From Tagaea sp. (GTDB lineage: Bacteria > Pseudomonadota > Alphaproteobacteria > CACIAM-22H2), in the NCBI GenBank assembly GCA_965279525.1, contig CBDIIB010000004.1:672001-736000 (forward strand): a stretch of 64,000 nt of DNA. The letters are read 5' to 3'. The notes beneath the pieces were generated by a model. The model had not been told where the DNA came from, searched no databases, and saw only the letters and a list, made by a program, of their open reading frames with translations. Position 1 is the stretch's first letter. Each line of letters begins with the position of its first letter. This document shows, piece by piece, positions 42,221 to 52,328 of this stretch. The position numbers were made by a program, and so were the translations under genes.

Positions 42221-43701
42221 CCGGTCCCGTTCTCGACCCCCGCGCGCTCGCCAAGCGGCTCGAAGGCAAGCAGCTGATCGACGGCAGGCTCGTCGCGTCG
42301 AAATCGGGCGAGACCTTCGCCGTGAACTCGCCGGCGACCGGCGAGCTTGTCGCCAATGCCGCCGCCGGCAACGCGGCCGACGTCGATGCGGCCGTCCAGT
42401 CGGCAGCGGCGGCGCAAGTCGCGTGGGCCAAGGTGCCCGCCCGCCAGCGCGGCAAGCTGGTCGCCGATTGCGGCCGCCTGCTCGACGCGCACAAGGAAGA
42501 GCTTTCGCGCCTCGTGGCGCTGGAAACCGGCAAGGCGCTGCGCACCGAATCCCGCGTCGAGGCGGGCGTGCTCGCCGACGCGTTCAATTTCTATGGCGGT
42601 CTGGGGAGCGAACTGAAGGGCGAGACGGTCCCGTTCAATCCCGACATGCTGACGATGACGCTGCGCGAGCCGATCGGCGTGGTCGGCGCCATCATCCCGT
42701 GGAACGTGCCGATGATGCTGATGGCGCTGAAGATCGCGCCGGCCCTCGTCGCCGGCAACACGGTGGTCGTCAAGAGCGCCGAGGAAGCGCCGTTCGCGGT
42801 CCTGCGCATCTGCGAGCTGATGGCGACGATCCTGCCGCCGGGGGCGTTCAACATCCTGTCGGGCATGGGGCCGGAATGCGGCGGGCCGCTGGTGGCGCAC
42901 CCGAAGATCGGCAAGATCACCTTCACCGGCTCGGTCGAGACCGGCAAGATCATCTACCGCGCCGCCGCCGACAAGTTGATCCCCGTCACGCTGGAACTGG
43001 GCGGCAAGAGCCCGATGATCGTGCTCGACGACGCCGATCTCGACCGTGCGGTCGCCGGTGCGGTTTCCGGCATGCGCTTCACCCGGCAGGGGCAGAGTTG
43101 TACTGCGGCCAGCCGCATGTACGTGCAGGCGAAGATCCACGACCGGTTCGTCGCGGCGCTGAAGGCCAAGGTCGACGCGATGAAGATGGGCGATCCGCTC
43201 GACGAGGCGACCGACATCGGCACCATCGTGTCGCGCCAGCAATACGACAAGGTCAATTCCTATATCGCGATCGGCAAGAAGGAAGGCGGCACCGCGCACG
43301 AATGCTCGGCGATGCCGGCGGATGCCGCGCTTGCCAAGGGACTTTATGTGCGCCCGGTCATCTTCACCGGCCTGCCGAAGGATTCGAAGGTCGTGCGCGA
43401 GGAGATCTTCGGGCCCGTCACGGCCGTCGTGAAGTTCGACACGTTCGAGGAAGCGCTCGCCGCCGCCAACGACAGCGAGTACGGCCTTGCCGCGACGATC
43501 TGGACGAAGGACCTGAAGACCGCACTCGATGGCGCGCGGCGCCTGCAGGCGGGCTTCGTGCAGGTGAACCAGAACCTCGTCGTGCAGCCGGGGCTTTCCT
43601 ACGGCGGCGTGAAGACCTCCGGTCTCGGCAAGGAGGCCACGCTCGAGGCGATGCTCGAGCACTTCACGACCAAGAAGACCGTCATCGTCAACATGACGTG
43701 A
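42217..43701 (+). CDS. aldehyde dehydrogenase
   Basis: IIPWN, FTGS, LELGGK, GQSC, EEIFGP. Confidence 0.95.
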   Translation: MTGPVLDPRALAKRLEGKQLIDGRLVASKSGETFAVNSPATGELVANAAAGNAADVDAAVQSAAAAQVAWAKVPARQRGKLVADCGRLLDAHKEELSRLVALETGKALRTESRVEAGVLADAFNFYGGLGSELKGETVPFNPDMLTMTLREPIGVVGAIIPWNVPMMLMALKIAPALVAGNTVVVKSAEEAPFAVLRICELMATILPPGAFNILSGMGPECGGPLVAHPKIGKITFTGSVETGKIIYRAAADKLIPVTLELGGKSPMIVLDDADLDRAVAGAVSGMRFTRQGQSCTAASRMYVQAKIHDRFVAALKAKVDAMKMGDPLDEATDIGTIVSRQQYDKVNSYIAIGKKEGGTAHECSAMPADAALAKGLYVRPVIFTGLPKDSKVVREEIFGPVTAVVKFDTFEEALAAANDSEYGLAATIWTKDLKTALDGARRLQAGFVQVNQNLVVQPGLSYGGVKTSGLGKEATLEAMLEHFTTKKTVIVNMT

Positions 43702-43706
43702 GCGCG

Positions 43707-46076
43707 ATGAAGGCCTGGCGCTGGATCGGCGGCATCTTCGCAGGGCTTCTGCTGCTGGCCGTCGTCGTCGCTTGTGCGGGCTTCCTGTACTTGCGCACCG
43801 GCCTGCCGCAGACCGAAGGCACGCTGCGCGCCGCCGGCCTCGAAGCGCCGGTCGAGATCGTGCGCGACGGCTTCGGCATTCCGCATGTGTGGGCCGCGAA
43901 CGAGCGTGACCTGTGGTTCACGCTCGGGTTCCTGCATGCGCAGGACCGCCTCGTGCAGCTCGAATTCACGCGCCTGATCGGACAGGGCCGGCTAGCCGAG
44001 GCGATCGGGCCGCGCGCCCTTGCGCTCGACAAGTTCAACCGCGTGCTCGGCCTGCCGCACGAAGCGCGCCGCGCCTACGCGATCGCCGATGCCGACACGC
44101 GCGCACAGGCCGATGCCTATGCCGCCGGCGCCAACGCCAGCCTTGCCGCGCGCGGCGGTGCGTGGCCGGTCGAGTTCCTGTGGCTCGGCCACCGGCCGGA
44201 GCGCTGGGAAGGCTGGCACACGCTGCTGTGGGGTCAGCTGATGGGCCTCACGCTGAACGCCGGCTGGCGCGATGCGCTGTTGCGCGCGCGCCTGGGCGAG
44301 CGGCTCACACCCGACCTGTTCGAAACCCTCTGGCCGCGCGACGACGGTGCCAACGCCGCCGTCGCCTTCGATCCCGCCGACCGCCGGACGGCGGATCTGG
44401 CCGCCGCCCTTCTCGACACGCTGCCCGCCCCGCTGGGCCCCGCCACCGCCTCCAACGAATGGGTCGTCGCCGGCAGCCGCACGGCGAGCGGCAAGCCGAT
44501 CCTCGCCAACGACCCGCATCTCAATCTGGGTGCGCCCGGCGTCTGGTATCTGGTGCGGCTCGAAGCGCCCGGAATCGTCTATGCCGGTGCGACGGCACCG
44601 GGCGCACCGGCCCTCGTCCTCGGGCGCAACGCGCATGTCGCGTGGGGCTTCACGACGACGAATGCGGACGCGGCCGACCTGTTCGTCGAGCGCGTCGATC
44701 CGGCCGATCCGGCGCGCTATCTGATCCCCGGCGGCTCGCGCGCGTTCGAGACGCGCGAGGAAGTGATCCAGATAAACGGGCAGCGCCCGGAAACCCTCGT
44801 CGTGCGGCGCACGCGCCACGGAGCCGTCATCTCCGACATCGATCCGGCCGCGCGTGCGGCCGCCGGCGACGGGCACGCGATGGCGCTTGCCCTGCCCTTC
44901 ATGTTCGCCCCCGACCGCACGGCGCAGGCACTGATGCGGCTCAACAGGGCGCGCGACGCGAAGGAAGCGGTCGCCGCCACGCGCGACTGGCTCGGCCCCG
45001 TGCAGAACATGGTCTATGCCGACACCGCCGGCACGATCGGCCTGCGCACGGTGGGCGCCGTGCCGATGCGCGCGAGTGCGGCATCGCCCGTCCCCTATCG
45101 CGGCTGGCTGCGCGAGGTCGGCTGGACCGGCTTCGTGCCGTTCGACGAAATGCCCGCCAGCGAAAACCCGCCGGCCGGCTTCGCGTCGAACGCCAACGAC
45201 CGTGTGGTGGGGGCCGGCTGGCCGCACCATCTGTCGTTCGGCTTCGATCCCCCGTACCGCCAGCGGCGCATCGTCGAGATGCTGGGCACGCGCGACGGCC
45301 AGGACACGGCCTTCCACGAGGCGATGCTGGCCGACGCGCATTCGGTCTTCGCGCGCGAGACGATCGCGGCGGCGGCAACGCTGGCACCGGCCGACCCGCG
45401 CGCGCGCGCGGAACTCGAGCGGCTGCGCGCCTGGGACGGGCGCATGGACCGGGCGCGCGGCGAGCCGCTGGTCTTCGCCGTGTGGATGCGCGAACTCACG
45501 CGCCGCACGCTCGAGGTCGCCGTCGGCGATTTCGCCGAGACGATGACGCGCGAGCGCCCGCGTCTGGTGCTCGATGTGCTGGCCGGCCGTTCGCCGTGGT
45601 GCGGCGGCACGGGCGAAGGGGCATGCGCACGCGCGGCCGAAGCGGCACTTGTCGCGGCCGTCGACTGGATCGCCGCACGCCACGGGCGCGATCCGGCCGG
45701 CTGGCGCTGGGGGGCCGAACATCAGGCACCGTTCGAGAACGCGGTCTTCGCGCGCATCCCGCTGCTGGGCGCGCTGCTTGGCGTGGACGTGCCGACGCAC
45801 GGCGACTACTACACCGTCAATCGCGGCGGCGTGCGCCTGTCCGATCCGCTGCGGCCCTTCGCGCACACGCACGGGGCCGGCTATCGCGCGGTCTACGACC
45901 TTGCCGATCTCGACGCCTCGCTGTTCATCGTTGCTCCCGGTCAATCAGGCGATCCGCTTTCGGCACACTGGCGCGACCTTGCCGGACACTGGGCCGACGG
46001 CCGGCATGTGCGCCTTGCCCGTTCGCGCGTCGAACTTGGCGAGGATTCGCGGCGGCTGCGCCTGCTGCCGCCATAA
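43707..46076 (+). CDS. penicillin acylase family Ntn hydrolase
   Basis: N-terminal TM, RDGFGIPH, HAQDRL, SNEW beta-chain start, ANDPHL, PGQSG. Confidence 0.93.
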   Translation: MKAWRWIGGIFAGLLLLAVVVACAGFLYLRTGLPQTEGTLRAAGLEAPVEIVRDGFGIPHVWAANERDLWFTLGFLHAQDRLVQLEFTRLIGQGRLAEAIGPRALALDKFNRVLGLPHEARRAYAIADADTRAQADAYAAGANASLAARGGAWPVEFLWLGHRPERWEGWHTLLWGQLMGLTLNAGWRDALLRARLGERLTPDLFETLWPRDDGANAAVAFDPADRRTADLAAALLDTLPAPLGPATASNEWVVAGSRTASGKPILANDPHLNLGAPGVWYLVRLEAPGIVYAGATAPGAPALVLGRNAHVAWGFTTTNADAADLFVERVDPADPARYLIPGGSRAFETREEVIQINGQRPETLVVRRTRHGAVISDIDPAARAAAGDGHAMALALPFMFAPDRTAQALMRLNRARDAKEAVAATRDWLGPVQNMVYADTAGTIGLRTVGAVPMRASAASPVPYRGWLREVGWTGFVPFDEMPASENPPAGFASNANDRVVGAGWPHHLSFGFDPPYRQRRIVEMLGTRDGQDTAFHEAMLADAHSVFARETIAAAATLAPADPRARAELERLRAWDGRMDRARGEPLVFAVWMRELTRRTLEVAVGDFAETMTRERPRLVLDVLAGRSPWCGGTGEGACARAAEAALVAAVDWIAARHGRDPAGWRWGAEHQAPFENAVFARIPLLGALLGVDVPTHGDYYTVNRGGVRLSDPLRPFAHTHGAGYRAVYDLADLDASLFIVAPGQSGDPLSAHWRDLAGHWADGRHVRLARSRVELGEDSRRLRLLPP

Positions 46077-46109
46077 AATATCCATTGTTCATAGTGGCTT
46101 GGGCGACAA

Positions 46110-46156
46110 TTAACGGGTCGTCAACGAACTTGGGATAGTTTTTAATCGAATTTTAG
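46110..46156. promoter_or_regulatory. two putative CtrA boxes upstream of motB
   Basis: ttaa-cgggtcg-tcaa (46110-46124) and ttaa-tcgaatt-ttag (46142-46156). Confidence 0.55.
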
Positions 46157-46259
46157 CGGGTCGGGTCCGCCGGTTGTTCTCGCAGCGCACCAAGCGCATA
46201 TTCCTTGCGCGCGGGCGGAACGGGAATCGACGCGGGACGGCGCAGCTTCGGAAAGTCGA

Positions 46260-47339
46260 ATGGCCGACGAGAGCAATCATCCAGTCATCATCGTCAAGCG
46301 CCACAAGAAGGGCCATGACGGCGCGCATGGCGGCGGCTGGAAGGTGGCCTATGCCGACTTCGTGACCGCGATGATGGCGTTCTTCCTGCTGCTCTGGCTG
46401 CTCAACGCGACCGACCAGGAAAAGCGCCAGGGCATCGCGCAGTACTTCACTGCCTTCGATGCCGTGTCGCGCTCCACCTCGGGTGCCGGCGGCGTGCTCG
46501 GCGGCGTCACACTCGGCCCCGGCGATCTTCCCAACATGACCGGCGGCATCGTCGTGGGCGTGCCGCTCGCCCCCACCGGCGAGGAACGCGACACCGAAGG
46601 CCCCGACTTCGCCGAAAAGCAGTCGCAGGCAGCGAGCGAAGACAGCGAGAACCCGCAGCCCAACGCGCGCGGCGCATCGGGCGTGGGTCCCGGCCCGTCG
46701 GGCACCGCCCCATCCGGCGAGCGCCGTCCCGGCGACCGGCCGCAGGGTGCGCTCTTCACCGGCACGCAGAGCGAGGGCAACCAGGAAGGCGGCAACGGCG
46801 TCGTCGTCCGGCAGAGTGCGGTCCAGCGGCAGATGATCGCCGAGATGGGCAAGCGCGAGGAGCAGAGCTTCGAGCGCGCCGAATCCGACCTGCGCCAGGC
46901 CATCCAGGATGTGCCGGAACTGAAGCCGCTCGCGCAGAACCTGCTCGTCGACCGTACGCCGGAGGGCCTTCGCATCCAGCTCGTCGACCAGGAACGCTAT
47001 TCGATGTTCGCGTCGGGCTCCTCGTCGCCGGCCGAAGCCACGCGCAAGCTGCTCGCGACGGTCGCCAAGATCGTCCAGAACCTGCCCAACTCGGTCGCCA
47101 TCGCCGGGCACACCGATGCCGTCCCCTTCCCGCGCGGCGCCCAGTACACGAACTGGGAACTGTCGAGCGACCGCGCGAACGCGGCACGCCGCTCGATGAT
47201 CGAGGCGGGCCTGCCCCAGGCGCGCATCGCGCGCGTGGTCGGGCGCGCCGATACCGAGCCGCTGATCGCCGACAATCCCAACGATCCGCGCAACCGGCGG
47301 ATCTCGATCATCCTGCTGCGCGACATTCCGGCGACTTGA
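46260..47339 (+). CDS. motB: flagellar stator protein MotB
   Basis: WKVAYADFVTAMMAFF, GHTD, NWELSSDRA, RNRRI. Confidence 0.95.
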   Translation: MADESNHPVIIVKRHKKGHDGAHGGGWKVAYADFVTAMMAFFLLLWLLNATDQEKRQGIAQYFTAFDAVSRSTSGAGGVLGGVTLGPGDLPNMTGGIVVGVPLAPTGEERDTEGPDFAEKQSQAASEDSENPQPNARGASGVGPGPSGTAPSGERRPGDRPQGALFTGTQSEGNQEGGNGVVVRQSAVQRQMIAEMGKREEQSFERAESDLRQAIQDVPELKPLAQNLLVDRTPEGLRIQLVDQERYSMFASGSSSPAEATRKLLATVAKIVQNLPNSVAIAGHTDAVPFPRGAQYTNWELSSDRANAARRSMIEAGLPQARIARVVGRADTEPLIADNPNDPRNRRISIILLRDIPAT

Positions 47340-47350
47340 CGCGCCCAAGG

Positions 47351-48898
47351 ATGTCGGATTTCCGGCTCGGGCCCTCCCGCCGTACGCTTCTGATCGGTGC
47401 CGCTGCGGCACTTGCCGGCTGTGCGGCCCCCGCCACGCTTCGCAATTCCGTCACGACAGGTGCCGATCCGTTCGCGTTGGGCGTGGCATCCGGCGATCCA
47501 TGGCCCGACGGCTTCGTCCTGTGGACGCGCCTGGCGCCCGAGCCGCTGGCCCCGCGCGGCGGCATGCCGGGCAATCCGGTCGAGGTCGCCTGGGAACTGG
47601 CGCGCGATCCGAAATTCGCCGCGATCGAACGGCACGGAAGCATCGCCGCCACCGCCGGCGGGGCGCACAGCGTGCATGTCGAACTCGCCGGTCTCCAGCC
47701 GGGGCGCGACTACTGGTACCGCTTCCACGCGAACGGCCACACGAGCGCCACCGGCCGCGCGCGTACCGCTCCGGCACCCGGCACGCTGCCGGCACGGCTG
47801 CGTTTCGTGACGTGCGGGTGCAATCATTACGAACACGGCTATTTCACCGCCTACCGCCACATCGCCGAGGAAGCGCCGGACTTCGCCTTCCACTACGGCG
47901 ACTATATCTACGAGAGCGGCACCTATCGCGGCAACGAACCGCGTACGCGCCTGCACACCGGCGGCGTGTGCCGCACGCTCGACGATTACCGGCAACGCTA
48001 CGCGCTCTACAAATCGGATCCGGACCTTCAGGCGGCACATGCTGCCGTGCCCTTCGTGCTGTCGTTCGACGACCACGAGGTCTCCAACAACTGGTCGGCG
48101 ACGTTCAGCAACAGCAGCCCCGATCCGGCAGCCCTTCTCGCACGGCGCAATGCCGGCCTGCAGGCATGGTACGAACATCAGCCGCTGCGCGCGATCCAGC
48201 GCCCGACGGCCGCGGGCGTGAACATGTATCGCAGCCTTGCCTTCGGCGATCTGGCACAGCTCACCGTCCTCGATACGCGCCAGTACCGCTCGCGCCAGCC
48301 CTGCGGCGACACGATCAAGCCGGTCTGCGCCGAAATGGACGCGCCCGGCGCGCACATGCTGGGGCAGGCACAGGAAGCCTGGCTCGCCGGACGCCTCACC
48401 GGTGCCCGCACGCGCTGGAACCTGATCGGCCAGCAGGTCGCGATGATGCGCATCGATCTGGGCAACCGGCACTACAACATGGACAGCTGGGCCGGCTACA
48501 CGGCCGCGCGCGGCCGCGTGCACGACATGCTTGCACGCCTTCGTCCGTCGAACCCGGTCGTGCTGACCGGCGACTGGCACAAGAACTGGGTCGGCGAGTT
48601 GAAGGCAAACTACGACGATCCGGGCTCGGCCACGCTGGCGCCGGAGTTCCTCGCCACCTCGATCAGTTCGGACGGAGACCCCGTCCCCGATGCCGCACGG
48701 CGCGCGCGCGTCCTGCCGGCCAATCCGCATATCAGCCACTACAGCGATCAGCGTGGCTACATGTCGTTCGCGATGACGGCCCAGCGTCTAGATGTCGAAC
48801 TGCGCAGCGTGGCGTCGGTGACGCGGCCCGATGCACCGGTCCGCACGGCCGCCCGCTTCGCGGTCGAAGCCGGCAGCCCGCGCGTCCACGAGGGCTGA
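47351..48898 (+). CDS. phoD: alkaline phosphatase D family, probable Tat lipoprotein
   Basis: SRRTLL, LAGC, FALGVASGDP, GDYIYE, DDHEV, LDTRQYR, GDWH. Confidence 0.9.
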   Translation: MSDFRLGPSRRTLLIGAAAALAGCAAPATLRNSVTTGADPFALGVASGDPWPDGFVLWTRLAPEPLAPRGGMPGNPVEVAWELARDPKFAAIERHGSIAATAGGAHSVHVELAGLQPGRDYWYRFHANGHTSATGRARTAPAPGTLPARLRFVTCGCNHYEHGYFTAYRHIAEEAPDFAFHYGDYIYESGTYRGNEPRTRLHTGGVCRTLDDYRQRYALYKSDPDLQAAHAAVPFVLSFDDHEVSNNWSATFSNSSPDPAALLARRNAGLQAWYEHQPLRAIQRPTAAGVNMYRSLAFGDLAQLTVLDTRQYRSRQPCGDTIKPVCAEMDAPGAHMLGQAQEAWLAGRLTGARTRWNLIGQQVAMMRIDLGNRHYNMDSWAGYTAARGRVHDMLARLRPSNPVVLTGDWHKNWVGELKANYDDPGSATLAPEFLATSISSDGDPVPDAARRARVLPANPHISHYSDQRGYMSFAMTAQRLDVELRSVASVTRPDAPVRTAARFAVEAGSPRVHEG

Positions 48899-48904
48899 GC
48901 CCGG

Positions 48905-49528
48905 CTATTCCGGCATCGCCGCCTTGAGTTTCGGGACCGCGTCTTTCATCGCCAGCAGCACGTCGGGATCGAACATCGACGGGGACATGCGCTCGTCGCC
49001 CGTCGTCATCAGCGAGATCACGGCATCGTGGGACATGGCGGGCTTGTACGAGCGGCGCTCCCACAGGGCCGCATAGACGTCGCCCACCGTCGCGATGCGG
49101 GCGGGCAGGCTGATCGTCGCACCGGCGAGCCTCTCGGGGTAGCCGGTCCCGTCGAAGCGCTCGTGGTGGTGCAGCGCCACGTCCTCGACATAGGCCAGCA
49201 TCGGCGTGGCGCCAAGCTGGCGCAGCCTATCGCGGCCGTAGATCGAGTGACGCTCGACCAGCACGCGCTCTTCCGGCGTCAGCCGGCGCGGCGCGTAGAG
49301 GATGTCGGGCGGGATATCGAGCTTGCCGATATCGTGGAACTGAGCGGCCAGCTGCATCTTCAGGATGTCGGCCTCGTCGAACGCGAATTCGCGCGCGAGC
49401 AGCGAGGCGACCGTCGCGACATGGGTGGAGTGGGTGTGCAGTGCTGGATCGCGCTCGACCTGCTCGCTCCACAGCTTCGCGACCCAACCCTCGTCGGGTT
49501 CGGGCAGCCGCACTTGCGTGCTTGCCAT
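48905..49528 (-). CDS. stand-alone HD-GYP phosphodiesterase
   Basis: HS, HDIGK, HHERFDGTGYP, RRSYK. Confidence 0.9.
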   Translation of the reverse strand: MASTQVRLPEPDEGWVAKLWSEQVERDPALHTHSTHVATVASLLAREFAFDEADILKMQLAAQFHDIGKLDIPPDILYAPRRLTPEERVLVERHSIYGRDRLRQLGATPMLAYVEDVALHHHERFDGTGYPERLAGATISLPARIATVGDVYAALWERRSYKPAMSHDAVISLMTTGDERMSPSMFDPDVLLAMKDAVPKLKAAMPE

Positions 49529-49701
49529 GTCGGCCTCCCTGATGGTTCCCCTGGAGTATTTATTAAATTGATTAATTATTAGGGAACTTCAACCACTCGT
49601 CGAAAGTTGAACATGGCATTCCGGCCGCCGTCAAGGCAGCGGGAGTCGCTTGCGGGCATCCGAAAGCTCCCATAGGCTTCAAATTGAATTCGGGAGGCGA
49701 A

Positions 49702-50190
49702 GTGAACGAGGTGGCAAGCCAACCGTCCGTCGATGCGACGTGGACCGAAATCTCGGATCCGAGGCGGTTGGCCGGCCTGCGCCGCCGCCGGACTTTCGGC
49801 TGGGTGCTCGATGTCGCGATCTGTTTCGGGCTGACCAGTGCCGCCGCCATCCCCGCGACCTTCCTTGGCCTGCTGAGCTTCGGCATCCTGTGGGCGCCGG
49901 CCTGGTTCCTGGTCGGGCTGATCCCGCTTCTCTACAACGCGATCCTGATTTCCGGGTCCGGTCGTTCGACCTGGGGCCAGCGGCTTGCGGGCGTGCGCAT
50001 CGAAACACCGGACGGCAACGCCGCCGGGTTCCTCCAGGCTGGCGTCCATTTCATCCTGTTCTATCTGGGCCTCGCCTTCACCGGCGGCCTGATCGTGCTG
50101 TGGAGCTTCTTCAATCCGCGCAAGGCGCTGGTCCACGACATCCTTGCCGGCCTTGAAGCGCGGCGCGCGGCACCGGCAGGTGGCGCATGA
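49702..50190 (+). CDS. RDD family membrane protein
   Basis: RRTFGWVLD, TWGQR, LVHD; GTG start after GGAGG. Confidence 0.85.
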   Translation: MNEVASQPSVDATWTEISDPRRLAGLRRRRTFGWVLDVAICFGLTSAAAIPATFLGLLSFGILWAPAWFLVGLIPLLYNAILISGSGRSTWGQRLAGVRIETPDGNAAGFLQAGVHFILFYLGLAFTGGLIVLWSFFNPRKALVHDILAGLEARRAAPAGGA

Positions 50191-50969
50191 CGGCGCAAGG
50201 CAGCAGCACCGCACGCTTCTATTATTCGATGCCGTCGCCCTGCCCCTATATCGAAGGGCGGATGGAGCGGCGCATTTTCGTCGATCTCACGGGGCCGCAG
50301 GCGGTGTTGTCTTACGACCTGCTTTCCGAAGCGGGTTTCCGCCGCTCGCTGGGTTTCGCCTATCGCCCGGCGTGCCCCGGCTGCAACGCCTGCGTTGCCG
50401 TGCGCATCCCGGTCGAGCGGTTCGAGCTGACCCGCCAGTGGCGCCGCGTGCTGGCACGCAATGCCGACCTTGCCGGCGAGTTCCGCCCCGCGATCGCGAC
50501 CGCCGAGCAATATGCGCTGTTCTCGCGCTACCAGGTCGGACGCCACCGCGACGGCGAGATGGCGCGCATGGATTTCGAGGATTACCGGACGATGATCGAG
50601 GTCGGCGCCATAGCCTCGAACGTGCTGGAGATCCGCGACCGGCACGGCAACCTGATGGGGGCCTGCCTGATCGACCGGATGGGGCATGGCTACTCGGCCG
50701 TCTATTCGTTCTACGAGCCGGAGGCGCCGACGCGGTCGCTGGGCAGTTACCTGATCCTGTGGCTTGTCGAGGAGGCCCGCCGGGCCGGCCTCGATCACGT
50801 CTATCTGGGCTACTGGATCCACCAGAGCGAGAAGATGTCCTACAAGGTCCGCTTCCAGCCGCTTGAGGCGCTGACCCGCGAAGGCTGGCATCCGATCGAC
50901 CAGAGCGGGGTCGCAAGACGGGCATGGCCGCTCCCGCGGACCGGGAACAGGGTTACCGCAAGCGACTGA
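50187..50969 (+). CDS. bpt: ATE1-like aminoacyl transferase (Asp/Glu leucyltransferase Bpt)
   Basis: CPYI, GFRRS, YRPACPGCNAC, SAVYSFY, YLGYWI, KMSYK. Confidence 0.9.
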   Translation: MTAQGSSTARFYYSMPSPCPYIEGRMERRIFVDLTGPQAVLSYDLLSEAGFRRSLGFAYRPACPGCNACVAVRIPVERFELTRQWRRVLARNADLAGEFRPAIATAEQYALFSRYQVGRHRDGEMARMDFEDYRTMIEVGAIASNVLEIRDRHGNLMGACLIDRMGHGYSAVYSFYEPEAPTRSLGSYLILWLVEEARRAGLDHVYLGYWIHQSEKMSYKVRFQPLEALTREGWHPIDQSGVARRAWPLPRTGNRVTASD

Positions 50970-51159
50970 TATATTTCCGGCTTTTGCCCAATTTTCAGGC
51001 CGCGGTACCGGCATTCCGCTGTGGCGGGCGCAAACAGGCCATGGTACTTTTCGCCATTCGCGTGGGTTGTGTTCGCTGTCGTTCCATACGCTGGCGAAGG
51101 CAGGTCGTGCGTGGATCAAGCAACGCAATTCTGACGAACAGAAAACAGGGAGACAGGGA

Positions 51160-52251
<1,092 letters not shown>

Positions 52252-52277
52252 TCGCCGCCTGAGGCGTTCAAAAGCGG

Positions 52278-52313
52278 ACGCCCGCCCGGGAAACCGGGCG
52301 GGCGTTTTCTTTT
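52278..52313 (+). terminator. intrinsic terminator after dctP
   Basis: acgcccgcccgg-gaaa-ccgggcgggcgt-tttctttt. Confidence 0.88.
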
Positions 52314-52328
52314 GCGCCGAACGTCCGG

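Noticed and set aside
42423-43706. 1217-aa acylase 'fusion'; likewise the extended fabH (528 aa), ribB (556 aa), bioY (441 aa) and dctM (684 aa) ORFs
   Set aside because: The N-terminal extensions are alternate frames of the upstream genes; true starts are internal
49557-49582. Canonical CtrA box upstream of the HD-GYP gene
   Set aside because: TTAA half-sites are present but spaced by 5 bp; the best N7 arrangement has two mismatches
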